From Nitrospirota bacterium (GTDB lineage Bacteria > Nitrospirota > UBA9217): 64,000 nucleotides of DNA. A program made the translations under genes and the position numbers. Below, one piece after another: positions 47,454 to 56,902 of this stretch (position 1 is the stretch's first letter; the number at the start of each line of letters is the position of its first letter). The notes below the pieces were generated by a model. It saw only the letters and a list, made by a program, of their open reading frames with translations, ran no database searches and had not been told where the DNA came from. The DNA lies in assembly GCA_963737155.1 (NCBI GenBank), contig CAVTRN010000001.1, positions 1,408,001 through 1,472,000 of the forward strand, in the 5' to 3' direction.

Positions 47454-47696
47454 GTTTTGTTAAGTGATGTGGGATAAAAAGAATAATGAAAGAGCGATAT
47501 TTTGTCAATAAAAAATTTCGAGTCTGTTCATTTCGGCAAAAACTTCAAGGAACCAGCGGAAGGCTAATTATAATTAGATTCACTTATAGTCGCAATTTGA
47601 GAATAAATCAATCAGAAAATATTAAACTTTCTCTTGACTCTATTTGGCGAGCTTTGGTATTATAAAGATTGCCGATCGAGGGGGATTGTAACGTTC

Positions 47697-48413
47697 ATGG
47701 ATATTTCACACGGATTAACGTTCTCTGTCTTGTTATTTTCGTCGTTTATGGGACTTATCTCCTTCGCTTCTCCTTGTATACTGCCACTGATACCTTCCTA
47801 TGTATCATATATTACCGGGATCAGCTATGATGAGCTCGTAAGCCGCGAATCGCGTAAGCGCAACATGAACATAACCCTGCTGCACTCGCTTGCATTCGTC
47901 GCCGGTTTCACGATCATCTTTGTGCTGCTCGGAGCGACAGCAAGTCTAGCTGGTAGCGTCCTTTTCCGGCATCTCGATGTCATACGGATTGCCGGCGGCA
48001 TTCTTATCATTATCATGGGCATATTCGTCATGGACGTCGTAAATATTCCCTTTCTGCAGCGCGAGGCTAAGCTGCATCTGAAGACGCGTCCCGTGGGGTT
48101 CGTGGGAACACTCATTGTGGGGATGATTTTTGGGGCGGGCTGGACTCCCTGCACGGGTCCCTTCCTGGGATCGGTTCTTGCGCTGGCCATGGAAACAGAT
48201 ACCATGGGTAGAGGAATGGCGCTTCTTACATTTTATTCGCTTGGCCTGGGAATCCCCTTTATTGTTTCAGCCATTGCGATCAGCGCTTTCCTGTCTTCGT
48301 TCAACAGGCTGAAAAAACATTTTAAAATCATTAAAATAGTGAGTGGCGCTGTTCTGATCGTAATGGGCGTGCTCCTCATCATGGATAAAATGACGATCCT
48401 GATAATTCATTAG
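47697..48413 (+). CDS. ccdA: cytochrome c biogenesis protein CcdA (DsbD TM domain)
   Basis: SFASPCILPLIPSY and GWTPCTGP redox Cys motifs; multiple TM helices. Confidence 0.92.
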   Translation: MDISHGLTFSVLLFSSFMGLISFASPCILPLIPSYVSYITGISYDELVSRESRKRNMNITLLHSLAFVAGFTIIFVLLGATASLAGSVLFRHLDVIRIAGGILIIIMGIFVMDVVNIPFLQREAKLHLKTRPVGFVGTLIVGMIFGAGWTPCTGPFLGSVLALAMETDTMGRGMALLTFYSLGLGIPFIVSAIAISAFLSSFNRLKKHFKIIKIVSGAVLIVMGVLLIMDKMTILIIH

Positions 48414-48437
48414 AAATTCTAGGGGAAGAAGGAAATT

Positions 48438-48860
48438 ATGCCAGCAGACGGTTTGGATGTATTAAAAGACAAGGATGCGCCTCTCTACACAATGGGTGTT
48501 GCCGCCAAGCTCGTGGGAACCACAGCCCAGACCCTACGGCTTTACGAGAAACATGGATTGATCCTCCCGACGCGGGAGCGCAGGAACCGGCTGTATACAG
48601 AGAACGATATCAAATGGTTAAGATGCATCCGCGAGCTGATTCATTCCAAGAAAATCAGTATCGAAGGCATCAAGAAACTACTCGATTACGCCCCCTGCTG
48701 GGAGATCAAGGACTGTCCTGATGAACGCCGGGTTGTCTGCACGGCTTTCACTGACAAGGGCAAACCCTGCTGGGAAACAACCCGGTGCCGCATGGAAAAT
48801 GACTGTTCTACCTGCGTTGTATTCCTGAAGAACGAGAAAAAAGCGACAAAGAAGCAATAA
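48438..48860 (+). CDS. MerR-family regulator with Cys-rich (two CW motifs) C-terminal domain
   Basis: YTMGVAAKLVG..QTLRLYEKHGLI..NRLY HTH; tail CWEIKDC..C..PCWE..C..CSTC. Confidence 0.88.
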   Translation: MPADGLDVLKDKDAPLYTMGVAAKLVGTTAQTLRLYEKHGLILPTRERRNRLYTENDIKWLRCIRELIHSKKISIEGIKKLLDYAPCWEIKDCPDERRVVCTAFTDKGKPCWETTRCRMENDCSTCVVFLKNEKKATKKQ

Positions 48861-48912
48861 TAGCTGTTCAAATCGCTTGAAAACTGTTTTTAGACGGTTT
48901 GTATTACAATTT

Positions 48913-49587
48913 TCAAGGATGCTCCTCCACCCAGACCTCTCCTGTTGGCGTTGTTTCCTTCTTCCAGATAGGGGTAATCCTCTTTAACTCATCAATGCAG
49001 AAACGGCAAGCTTTGAATGCCTCGTCACGGTGGGCCGCGGCAACGGCGATCAGCACGATATCCTCCCCCACCGGAATCGTTCCAATGCGATGCACGATCG
49101 TCACATCGATCACCCCGAAGTCTGAGATTGCCTGGGTCCTGATCTCAGACAATTTCTTTTCCGCCATGCCCGGATAATGTTCGAACTCTAGCTTCGTGAC
49201 CTCTTTGCCCTTCGATACATCCCTCGTTGTGCCGATGAAGTTGACGAGTGCGCCGATGGAGGTCGAAGACCTCTTAAGCGATTCTACTTCCTGTTCGAGC
49301 GAGAAGGGTTTTTGCTGAATACGGATGCGACCGGACGTTTCATTTCCTCCTGCAAAAGGTGGCATAAGCGCAATCTCATCGCCGTCCTTGACAAGGGCGT
49401 TGTACTTGACGAACTCCTGGTTCACCGAGACCATGATGGCGCACGAGGTAAGGATATCTGATAAGACGGGAAGTTCCCCAGACACCTGACGGAGGAGGTC
49501 TGATACAGCCTCAGTTTTGCCCGGGAGTTGGATTTCACCTGTGCCAGCTTTGTCTTTCAGTATGGCGAATAGTTTGATAGTGATCAT
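48913..49587 (-). CDS. fused MoaD-MoaE molybdopterin synthase (MoaX-like)
   Basis: MoaD (IKLFA..VNQEF..DGDEIALMPPFAGG) in frame with MoaE (GALVNFIGTTR, HRIG, AAHR, IDELK..PIWKKE). Confidence 0.92.
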   Translation of the reverse strand: MITIKLFAILKDKAGTGEIQLPGKTEAVSDLLRQVSGELPVLSDILTSCAIMVSVNQEFVKYNALVKDGDEIALMPPFAGGNETSGRIRIQQKPFSLEQEVESLKRSSTSIGALVNFIGTTRDVSKGKEVTKLEFEHYPGMAEKKLSEIRTQAISDFGVIDVTIVHRIGTIPVGEDIVLIAVAAAHRDEAFKACRFCIDELKRITPIWKKETTPTGEVWVEEHP

Positions 49588-49719
49588 CTGGTTTTTAACC
49601 TCACTTACAGAGATGCAGGACGGAGATCACACCGGCTCACGATAGGGAGAGCGCCTGAATAATTTTCACAAAGAAGGTATCACCGTTATTTCCGAAATGC
49701 CAGGAACGACCCCGTTCAC

Positions 49720-49906
49720 GATCTCCATGGCCCCTTTTACGGTCTGAACAAGATTCGGGATAAGAGCAGGTCTTTGTGTGAGCTGGACTTCGAATTGCTG
49801 CCACGAACTCTGCACACCGTTTCGGATCGGTACGAGTCAATTGTAAATTAAAATGGGTCAGGCCAGCCACTAAACTGAGTACTGCGAGCAGTATCCAACC
49901 GATCAT
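49720..49906 (-). pseudogene. lemA: LemA family 5' remnant
   Basis: MIGWILLAVLSLVAGLT, then after a frameshift [43 protein letters not shown] (LemA signature LIPNLVxTVKG). Confidence 0.8.
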
Positions 49907-49971
49907 ATGCATTAATTGGAAATTCATTCATTCGTTTGCAAAAATGCTGATATTATAGATCAATCAAGATA

Positions 49972-50811
49972 TCATTCTCCGGCAAGGAGCGGCTTATCAG
50001 AATGTGCAAAAACTCCCCTCGATTCCGCCTCCACGAAGAGCCTGTGGATTGCGCGCAATCCTTCCGCACCCAAATCCAGAGAAAAATCATTTACGTAGAG
50101 ATCGATGTGACTTTTCATCACCGCTTTATCCATTTCCTGACTATGCTGCTTGCAATAATCCATGACTTCGTCGAGATGCGTCCGGGCATAGTTAAGACTT
50201 TCTTGTACAGCGGCCTCGACCCGGAGAAGCAAGTCCCGGCCGAGGGAGCGCCTTCCCAGAATTCCGCCGAGCGGAATTGGGAGTCCTGAGTAGTCTTCCC
50301 ACCATTTGCCAAGATCGAGCAGATTCGCGAGATTGTACAGAGGATAGGTGAAACGACTTTCATGAATTATGAGCCCCGCCTGAACTTCTCCACTTGATAC
50401 CGCATTCATTATTTTATCAAAGGTCATGATGCGTACCGAGGAGATCGAAGGATCAAACAAGCGAAGAAGGAGATAGGCTGTCGTGAGCTTGCCGGGGATC
50501 GCAATGACACCGTGTTTGAGATCGGCAATACGGGTTCCCGGTTTACCGACAATGAGCGGACCGCAACCCCTGCCGAGCGCGCTGCCGGAACGAAGGAGAG
50601 CATAGCGCGTTCGCAAATGACCAAGAGCATGGTACGAAATTTTTGTGATGTCCAGCGCGCCGTCGAGTGCCATCTGGTTCAGCGTCTCGACATCTTCAAG
50701 CTGTTCGCGAAAGGCAACCCCCGGGATTACGACCTTCCCGTGGATGAGCGCATGAAAGATGAACGTATCGTTCGGGCAGGGAGAATAGCCGATGGTAATG
50801 GTCTGCGTCAT
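49972..50811 (-). CDS. mqnD: 1,4-dihydroxy-6-naphthoate synthase
   Basis: GYSPCPNDTFIF, GRGCGPL, IHESRFTY, LPIPLG, HIDLYVN. Confidence 0.95.
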   Translation of the reverse strand: MTQTITIGYSPCPNDTFIFHALIHGKVVIPGVAFREQLEDVETLNQMALDGALDITKISYHALGHLRTRYALLRSGSALGRGCGPLIVGKPGTRIADLKHGVIAIPGKLTTAYLLLRLFDPSISSVRIMTFDKIMNAVSSGEVQAGLIIHESRFTYPLYNLANLLDLGKWWEDYSGLPIPLGGILGRRSLGRDLLLRVEAAVQESLNYARTHLDEVMDYCKQHSQEMDKAVMKSHIDLYVNDFSLDLGAEGLRAIHRLFVEAESRGVFAHSDKPLLAGE

Positions 50812-51536
50812 GAAGCCCAGCCCTCCACTATGAACCGGACAGCCTGCTGCACAGCCAGTGCCGCCTTGGGTGTGTCCCAATTCCGGATATCGCGGTCTTC
50901 CACGATGTTCGAAATTCCGCGAACCTCGATCCAGGGAATCCCGTGCAGTGCAGCAACATGGGCCGCAGCTGCGCCTTCCATATTTTCGCACAACCCATGA
51001 TAGAGGTTCTCCAGATCTCGTGCTCGCGCGGAGGTCCCGGTGCAGGTAGAAAGGGTGACGAAGGTTCCGATATGCACCTCCTGTGCTAAGGTTTGCCGGT
51101 GGGAGACGAGTGTCTTGAGCGCATGCTTCAACGGAGCTTCCGCGGCTGGATAGGTTGTGTATATAACCGACGTGGCTGTCTGAAGGAGTGGAATGCCAAT
51201 GAACTTAGTATCCTTGAACCCGTCGAGAGTTAGCACGCCTTCATCGCCGGCGATTTCTTCCTTTGCGAGAGCAACATCGCCGATCTTCGCTCCTGAAGAG
51301 GGATAAGCGCCGCCAATGCCGAAGATGATCAGTGTTTCCGGTTTGTATTGCGCCAAGAGCGTTGCGGCATGGGCTGCGTTGACCTTTCCCATTCCACCGG
51401 CGCAGACGATAACACGCTGTCCAGCGATTATCCCTGCAATGATCGACTTGGAGCCCGCCGTTTTGGTCTCAGACGCCGACACCGATGCTAAGATGTGCTC
51501 GACTTCGGCTCGGACGGAGCAGAGGAGGGCTATCAT
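50808..51536 (-). CDS. mqnB: futalosine hydrolase
   Basis: GMGKVNAA, GIGGAY, ENMEGAA, EVRGISNIVEDRD; 4-bp overlap with mqnD. Confidence 0.92.
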   Translation of the reverse strand: MIALLCSVRAEVEHILASVSASETKTAGSKSIIAGIIAGQRVIVCAGGMGKVNAAHAATLLAQYKPETLIIFGIGGAYPSSGAKIGDVALAKEEIAGDEGVLTLDGFKDTKFIGIPLLQTATSVIYTTYPAAEAPLKHALKTLVSHRQTLAQEVHIGTFVTLSTCTGTSARARDLENLYHGLCENMEGAAAAHVAALHGIPWIEVRGISNIVEDRDIRNWDTPKAALAVQQAVRFIVEGWAS

Positions 51537-51783
51537 GTAAGATTCCCCTATATCTATTTGAAAAATTATGATTTAAAATGTTTTATGCCAAGTTCAGAGA
51601 GACTATAACCAGTATGTAAAACATTGGATTACTCTAAAAATACTCTTAAATATACCACAGTTTTAATTGCACTTCCATGGCAAATTTGTTATCATAGGCG
51701 CGATTTTAAAGGATTTTCCGAGTGAACCCTTTTTCCATTCAAGGGAGCGGCGTAGAGGGATGTCGCATTACTGGAGGGGGAAG

Positions 51784-52995
51784 ATGTTAAGATTTTTAAC
51801 AGCGGGAGAATCCCATGGCGAATTGCTGATGGGGATTATAGAAGGTATGCCTGCCGGTCTTCTTATCCGGGTCACCGATATAGACCGCGATCTTAGCCGA
51901 CGGCAAGCAGGCTACGGTCGCGGAAACCGCATGAAAATCGAAAAGGACTCAGTAAAGATTTATACCGGCGTGCGATGGGGAAAAACGCTTGGTGGCCCCA
52001 TCGGCTTGATGATCAGGAATAAGGATTGGGAAAACTGGCGCGATAAGATGTCCCCAGATCCGATGTTTCTGAATTCCGCTGACCCGGTCACCCGTCCTCG
52101 TCCGGGCCATGCTGACTTGGCGGGCGTTCTCAAATATGGCATGACTGACATCCGAAATATCCTCGAACGCTCGAGCGCAAGGGAGACGGCCATGCGTGTG
52201 GCAATCGGCGCCGTGGCAAAGCGGCTGCTTGACGAGTTTGGTATTGATGTGGTGAGCCATGTCCTTAGTATTGACGGCGTTTTCGCCAAAGTACCCAAGC
52301 TATCGGTTGCTGATCTTAAAAAACGCGTTGAGGCCTCCGAACTGCGGTGTGTTGACACCGAGGCGGAAAAACGGATGATGCGGCGGATTGATGAGACAAA
52401 GTTGGCCGGTGATTCACTGGGCGGTGTGTTTGAAGTGATCATCAGTGGTGTGCCAGCTGGACTCGGCAGTCATTCTCACTGGGACCGGAAACTGGACGGC
52501 AGGCTTGCGGCGGCGCTTATGAGTATCCAGGCCATCAAAGGCGTGGAGATCGGTGCGGGCTTTGGAGCGGCAAACCGCCCAGGCTCGATGGTGCACGATG
52601 AAATTTTCTGGAACAGGAAAGATGGCTTTTACCGGAAGACTAATATGGCCGGCGGGATTGAGGGTGGTATCAGCAACGGGGAGATCATTACGCTCCGCTC
52701 CGCCATGAAGCCCATCCCTACGCTCATGAAGCCTCTCCGCTCTGTTGACTTGACAACCAGAAAACCTTTCAAAGCGAGCGTCGAACGATCGGATGTCTGC
52801 GCCGTGCCCGCGGCCGGAGTAGTTGCCGAGTCAACGGTTGCCTTTGAGGTCGCATCGGCCATGATCGAGAAGTTCGGCGGCGATAATATTGACGAAATGA
52901 AGAGGAACTACCACGGGTACCTGACGCACCTCAAGGCTCGAATGGGCGTGGAGGAGGAGCAGGGGAAGAGGTTGAAGTCGGCAGGCAAAAGATAG
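51784..52995 (+). CDS. aroC: chorismate synthase
   Basis: TAGESHG, PRPGHAD, RSSARET, MKPIPT. Confidence 0.98.
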   Translation: MLRFLTAGESHGELLMGIIEGMPAGLLIRVTDIDRDLSRRQAGYGRGNRMKIEKDSVKIYTGVRWGKTLGGPIGLMIRNKDWENWRDKMSPDPMFLNSADPVTRPRPGHADLAGVLKYGMTDIRNILERSSARETAMRVAIGAVAKRLLDEFGIDVVSHVLSIDGVFAKVPKLSVADLKKRVEASELRCVDTEAEKRMMRRIDETKLAGDSLGGVFEVIISGVPAGLGSHSHWDRKLDGRLAAALMSIQAIKGVEIGAGFGAANRPGSMVHDEIFWNRKDGFYRKTNMAGGIEGGISNGEIITLRSAMKPIPTLMKPLRSVDLTTRKPFKASVERSDVCAVPAAGVVAESTVAFEVASAMIEKFGGDNIDEMKRNYHGYLTHLKARMGVEEEQGKRLKSAGKR

Positions 52996-53069
52996 AAAAA
53001 ATTCTGGACGCCGGGCTGCACTGATATTTATTACCTTCCTCTGATTCCTCCGAGGCGAAACTAAGAACT

Positions 53070-53585
53070 ATGTTCAAGAACATCATTCTAACGGGGTTCA
53101 TGGGCGTCGGCAAAACAAGCGTTGGTATGCGATTGGCGAAGGATATAGGATTTTCCTTCGTAGACACCGACGATCTCATCGAGGCTGATCAGAAGATGAC
53201 CATCACCGAAATTTTCGCGAAACTTGGCGAGCACCACTTCCGTGATATCGAGTCTGGGATCATTCAACGGGTTATGGTTGGTGAAAACCAGGTTATCTCA
53301 ACCGGCGGCGGTGCCATGATCCGGGACGGAAACCGGGCAGCATTCAAGAAAGCAGGCCTTGTGGTCTGCCTGTCTGCCCGGCCCGAGGTGATCTACAAGC
53401 GCATCAGGCTTGAGACACATCGTCCCCTGCTCCAGACACCGGACCCCCTGGCAAAGATCAAGGAAATGCTCGACAGCCGCGCTGCATTTTATGCTCAGGC
53501 CGATGTGACCATCGATACTTCGGAAAAATCCATCGACGATATAATCCTCAGGATTAAAGAGAGAATTAAGCATGCATACTGTTAA
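53070..53585 (+). CDS. aroK: shikimate kinase
   Basis: GFMGVGKTS, STGGG, RPLL. Confidence 0.97.
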   Translation: MFKNIILTGFMGVGKTSVGMRLAKDIGFSFVDTDDLIEADQKMTITEIFAKLGEHHFRDIESGIIQRVMVGENQVISTGGGAMIRDGNRAAFKKAGLVVCLSARPEVIYKRIRLETHRPLLQTPDPLAKIKEMLDSRAAFYAQADVTIDTSEKSIDDIILRIKERIKHAYC

Positions 53586-54654
53586 TGTAGACCTCGGCGA
53601 GAGGAGTTACTATATTGCTCTTGGGGTCAGTCTGGATCAGTCTGGTGCGGAGCTGCAAGGGTTTGGATTCGGCAGAAAAATGGCCGTGGTTACGAATCCC
53701 TCGGTCAAGAAGCTTTACGGGCAGCGTGTGGTGGACAGTCTCAAGGCCGCGGGTTTCCTCGTCATGTCCATCGAAATCCCTGACGGCGAAAAATTCAAAA
53801 CACTTGACTGGGCCAACTCGATCTATTCAGCGCTCCTTATCAATAGCTTCGACCGTAAATCGGCGCTTGTCGCGCTCGGCGGTGGTGTGATCGGCGACAT
53901 CACCGGTTTTGCGGCAGCCACATTTATGCGCGGAGTGCCATTTGTACAGATACCTACAACACTCCTTGCCATGGTCGACAGCAGCGTCGGCGGCAAGACC
54001 GGCGTGAACCATCCCTTGGGGAAGAACATGATAGGCGCGTTTTACCAGCCGAAAAAGGTAATCATGGACCTCGACGTGCTCAAGTCGCTGCCGAAGGAGG
54101 AATTTCTCGCCGGCATGGCCGAAGTCATCAAGTATGGCATCATTCGGGATGCGTCATTTTTCGACTATCTCGACATTAACCGGGAGAAAATTCTTTCTCT
54201 CGATCCTTGCGTGTTGGAGCATATCGTACGGCGGTCCTGCGAGATCAAGGCGGAAATAGTGAGCAAGGACGAGCGCGAAGGCGGTCTCCGTGCTATCCTT
54301 AATTTCGGCCATACCGTGGCGCATGCCGTTGAGACAGCCGAGAACTATTCGTTGAGCCATGGTCATGCCGTTGCCATCGGGATGGTCTACGCTGCGCAAC
54401 TAGCGCACAAAAACGGTCTCTGCGACGGTTCGGTGCCCGAGCGGGTGAAGAAACTTCTCGCATCCTATGGTTTGCCGATCAGTCTTTCGGCGCTCAGCAG
54501 GAAGCCCACGATAGCCGAACTCATAGGTGCTATGCAGGTGGACAAGAAGGCGGAAGACGGGAAAGTGAAGTTCGTCTTACCGACTAAGATTGGTGCAGTG
54601 GTTATTACGAAGGACTGGGAAGAACAACACCTATTGGAGCTGATTTCAGAGTAG
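53572..54654 (+). CDS. aroB: 3-dehydroquinate synthase
   Basis: LGGGVIGD, VDSSVGGKTG, LNFGHT. Confidence 0.98.
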   Translation: MHTVNVDLGERSYYIALGVSLDQSGAELQGFGFGRKMAVVTNPSVKKLYGQRVVDSLKAAGFLVMSIEIPDGEKFKTLDWANSIYSALLINSFDRKSALVALGGGVIGDITGFAAATFMRGVPFVQIPTTLLAMVDSSVGGKTGVNHPLGKNMIGAFYQPKKVIMDLDVLKSLPKEEFLAGMAEVIKYGIIRDASFFDYLDINREKILSLDPCVLEHIVRRSCEIKAEIVSKDEREGGLRAILNFGHTVAHAVETAENYSLSHGHAVAIGMVYAAQLAHKNGLCDGSVPERVKKLLASYGLPISLSALSRKPTIAELIGAMQVDKKAEDGKVKFVLPTKIGAVVITKDWEEQHLLELISE

Positions 54655-54834
54655 CAGGCGTCGGTATAAGGAGGGAGTCGTTAGCGAATATCTCTGGCAC
54701 TACCCGTTCTGTAACAAGGATGAGACCGTGACCGAGTAAGGCAAGCACGGCGCTTTTGCCAATCTGATTCTCGAAAACTCAGATGATACAACCTCCTAGG
54801 TTTCTAGGGGGTTCTCAACTGTTCAATCGTTAAT

Positions 54835-55109
54835 CACTGCTGTCCAAAATAGACTTAAATAGCCATTGTGGTCAAAAAAGCACCTTGATTTTATTAATGA
54901 TGATACAGCACCCTGTATCGAGGTTCCTTTATGGTTCAGTATGCTGTCCAATATATCGAAGGACGCTCAAACTGTTTGTTTTCGCGATGATAAAGCAATT
55001 TTATCTGCAAAACAAGGGGTTTAGAGCTGTATTAAACAATCGATAAAGCCTGGGGCTCCGTTTAAGTCAAAATGCTGTCTAAAACAAAAAGCTATTTTGG
55101 ACAAGAGTG
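54835..55109. mobile_element. 275-bp MITE
   Basis: 18-bp TIRs CACTGCTGTCCAAAATAG / CTATTTTGGACAAGAGTG (16/18); 9-bp TSD ATCGTTAAT / ATTGTTAAT (8/9); no ORF. Confidence 0.85.
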
Positions 55110-55196
55110 ATTGTTAATTGTATATTAGCAACTTTTATGATATATTATTTGCAGCGTAATTTAAAAATAAGGGCTAAGCATCAGTAATCTAACAAC

Positions 55197-56902
55197 TTGA
55201 GTCCACAAAAAGTGTCGAATAAGAAAAGAACCAAAAATAAGAATGTTGGTGGAAAAGACACCCTGTCATTCACTGCAAATATATTTCTGGATGATCATTC
55301 CTACCCGGAAATAAAGACCTCTCTTTATGCCATCCTCGACAATATGGGCATCTTGTATGGCCGTATAAAGAGGACTCTGTTCAAAGACTGCATTCGCTCC
55401 GGCAAAAAACAACAGAATTAAAGAACGAATACCTGTCAACGTACAAGATCACTGCACGGCAGTACAATGCAGTCCGCTATGACCTGGACGGGAATATCAA
55501 GGCGGTAACGGAAATCAACAAGCTCAGAATCCTGGATCTTGAAGAGAAAATAATATCGGTAAAAAAGTGGATTGCAAACAATGAGTCAAGAATACTCAAA
55601 ATAACGGATGATGTGAGTATCCCAAGCACTGAAAAAAAGATCCAGGCAAAGGAGCTTCAGTATCGTGTTGATAATAAGAAACGAAAGCTTGCTTCTTTGG
55701 AGCAAAAGCTTTCCAAGCTCAGGGAAGATCAGAAAAACCGGCGGGTAAGGATTTGTTTCGGGTCAAACAAGATATTCAGAAAACAATTTTCCCTGGAGGA
55801 AAACGGGTACAAGAGCCACAATGAATGGCTCCTGGACTGGAAAAGGTCTCGCAATAACACTTTCTTTTGCCTTGGCTCGAAGGACGAATCGGGCGGGAAC
55901 CAAACGTGCACCCTGAAGTCCGATGGGACGATGAGATTAAGGGTCCCTGATTGTATGAAGGACAAATACGGGCAATCCATTATAATTCCCCGCATAAAAT
56001 ATCCCTATGGTCAGGAACATATCGAAACGGCCCTTCAGGCCGGAATAGCGATTTCTCACAGGTTTACCAGGGGCGAGAAGGGCTGGTACCTGCACACGAC
56101 GGTAGATATTCCAAAGGCAAAAACAGTTACTTACAAGCCAAAGGAAATCGGGTCTATCGGAGTGGACGTCAATGAAAAAGAAATCGCGGTTAGCGAGACC
56201 GACCGGTACGGGAATTATGTCAGGAGCATAACATATCCATCCTGCGTTAAGGATTTGCGTACTGAACAGACAGAAGCAATGTATAGCGATATCTGCAAGT
56301 CCATCGTGGACCGGGCAGCCAAGACGGGAAAACCTATATCCCACGAAGAACTCGATTTTAGCAAGAAGAAAGCTTCCTTAAAAGAGCAGGGCGTTACTTA
56401 CGCAAGGATGCTTTCCGGTTTCGCCTACGGAACCTTCCTCACCCTGCTGGATAGAAGGGCGGCAAAACATGGCGTTTCCGTGCTCCCGGTCAACCCTGCT
56501 TTCACCACGACCATAGGGAAATTTAATTACGTGGACCGCTATGGTATTACGTCGCATGAAGCTGCGGCGCTGGCCATCGCGAGACGCTCTCAACATTTCA
56601 GTGAAAGGCCTGATTCCGCCAGAATCGCGCCTCCCGTACCTGCAAGGAATCGGGGGGTGCATATCTGGAGCATTTGGAGAAGGCTGAAGACGAGACAGGC
56701 GGGCGGTAGCATTAGCCTGACCGGCTCAAGGCGGTCCTTACAGGACTCCTCAGGTTGCGCTGAACCACAAACGAAATTTACATCAACGAAGACAGCGCAA
56801 TCCATGCGGCCACCTCTTGCTACAATAAAGAGTGTGCACCGCCGCATGGGATCCCAATTCAAAAATCACGGGACTTGGGTGAATCAGAGGCATGCGCCCT
56901 GA
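55197..56902 (+). pseudogene. tnpB: TnpB-related RNA-guided nuclease (about 568 aa) with one -1 frameshift at an A6 run near 55404-55409
   Basis: The frames join as ..SGKK-TTELKNEYLSTYKITARQYNAV..; ICFGSNK, GSKDESGGNQ, RuvC-I IGVDVN, RuvC-II SHEELDF, VNPAFTT, RYGITSHEAAALAIARR. Confidence 0.82.

Noticed and set aside
55401-55421. Programmed -1 frameshift at AAAAAAC in tnpB
   Set aside because: The phase is AAA AAA C, not the A AAA AAC of IS1-type sites, and no stimulatory structure is evident; a simple indel is more parsimonious.
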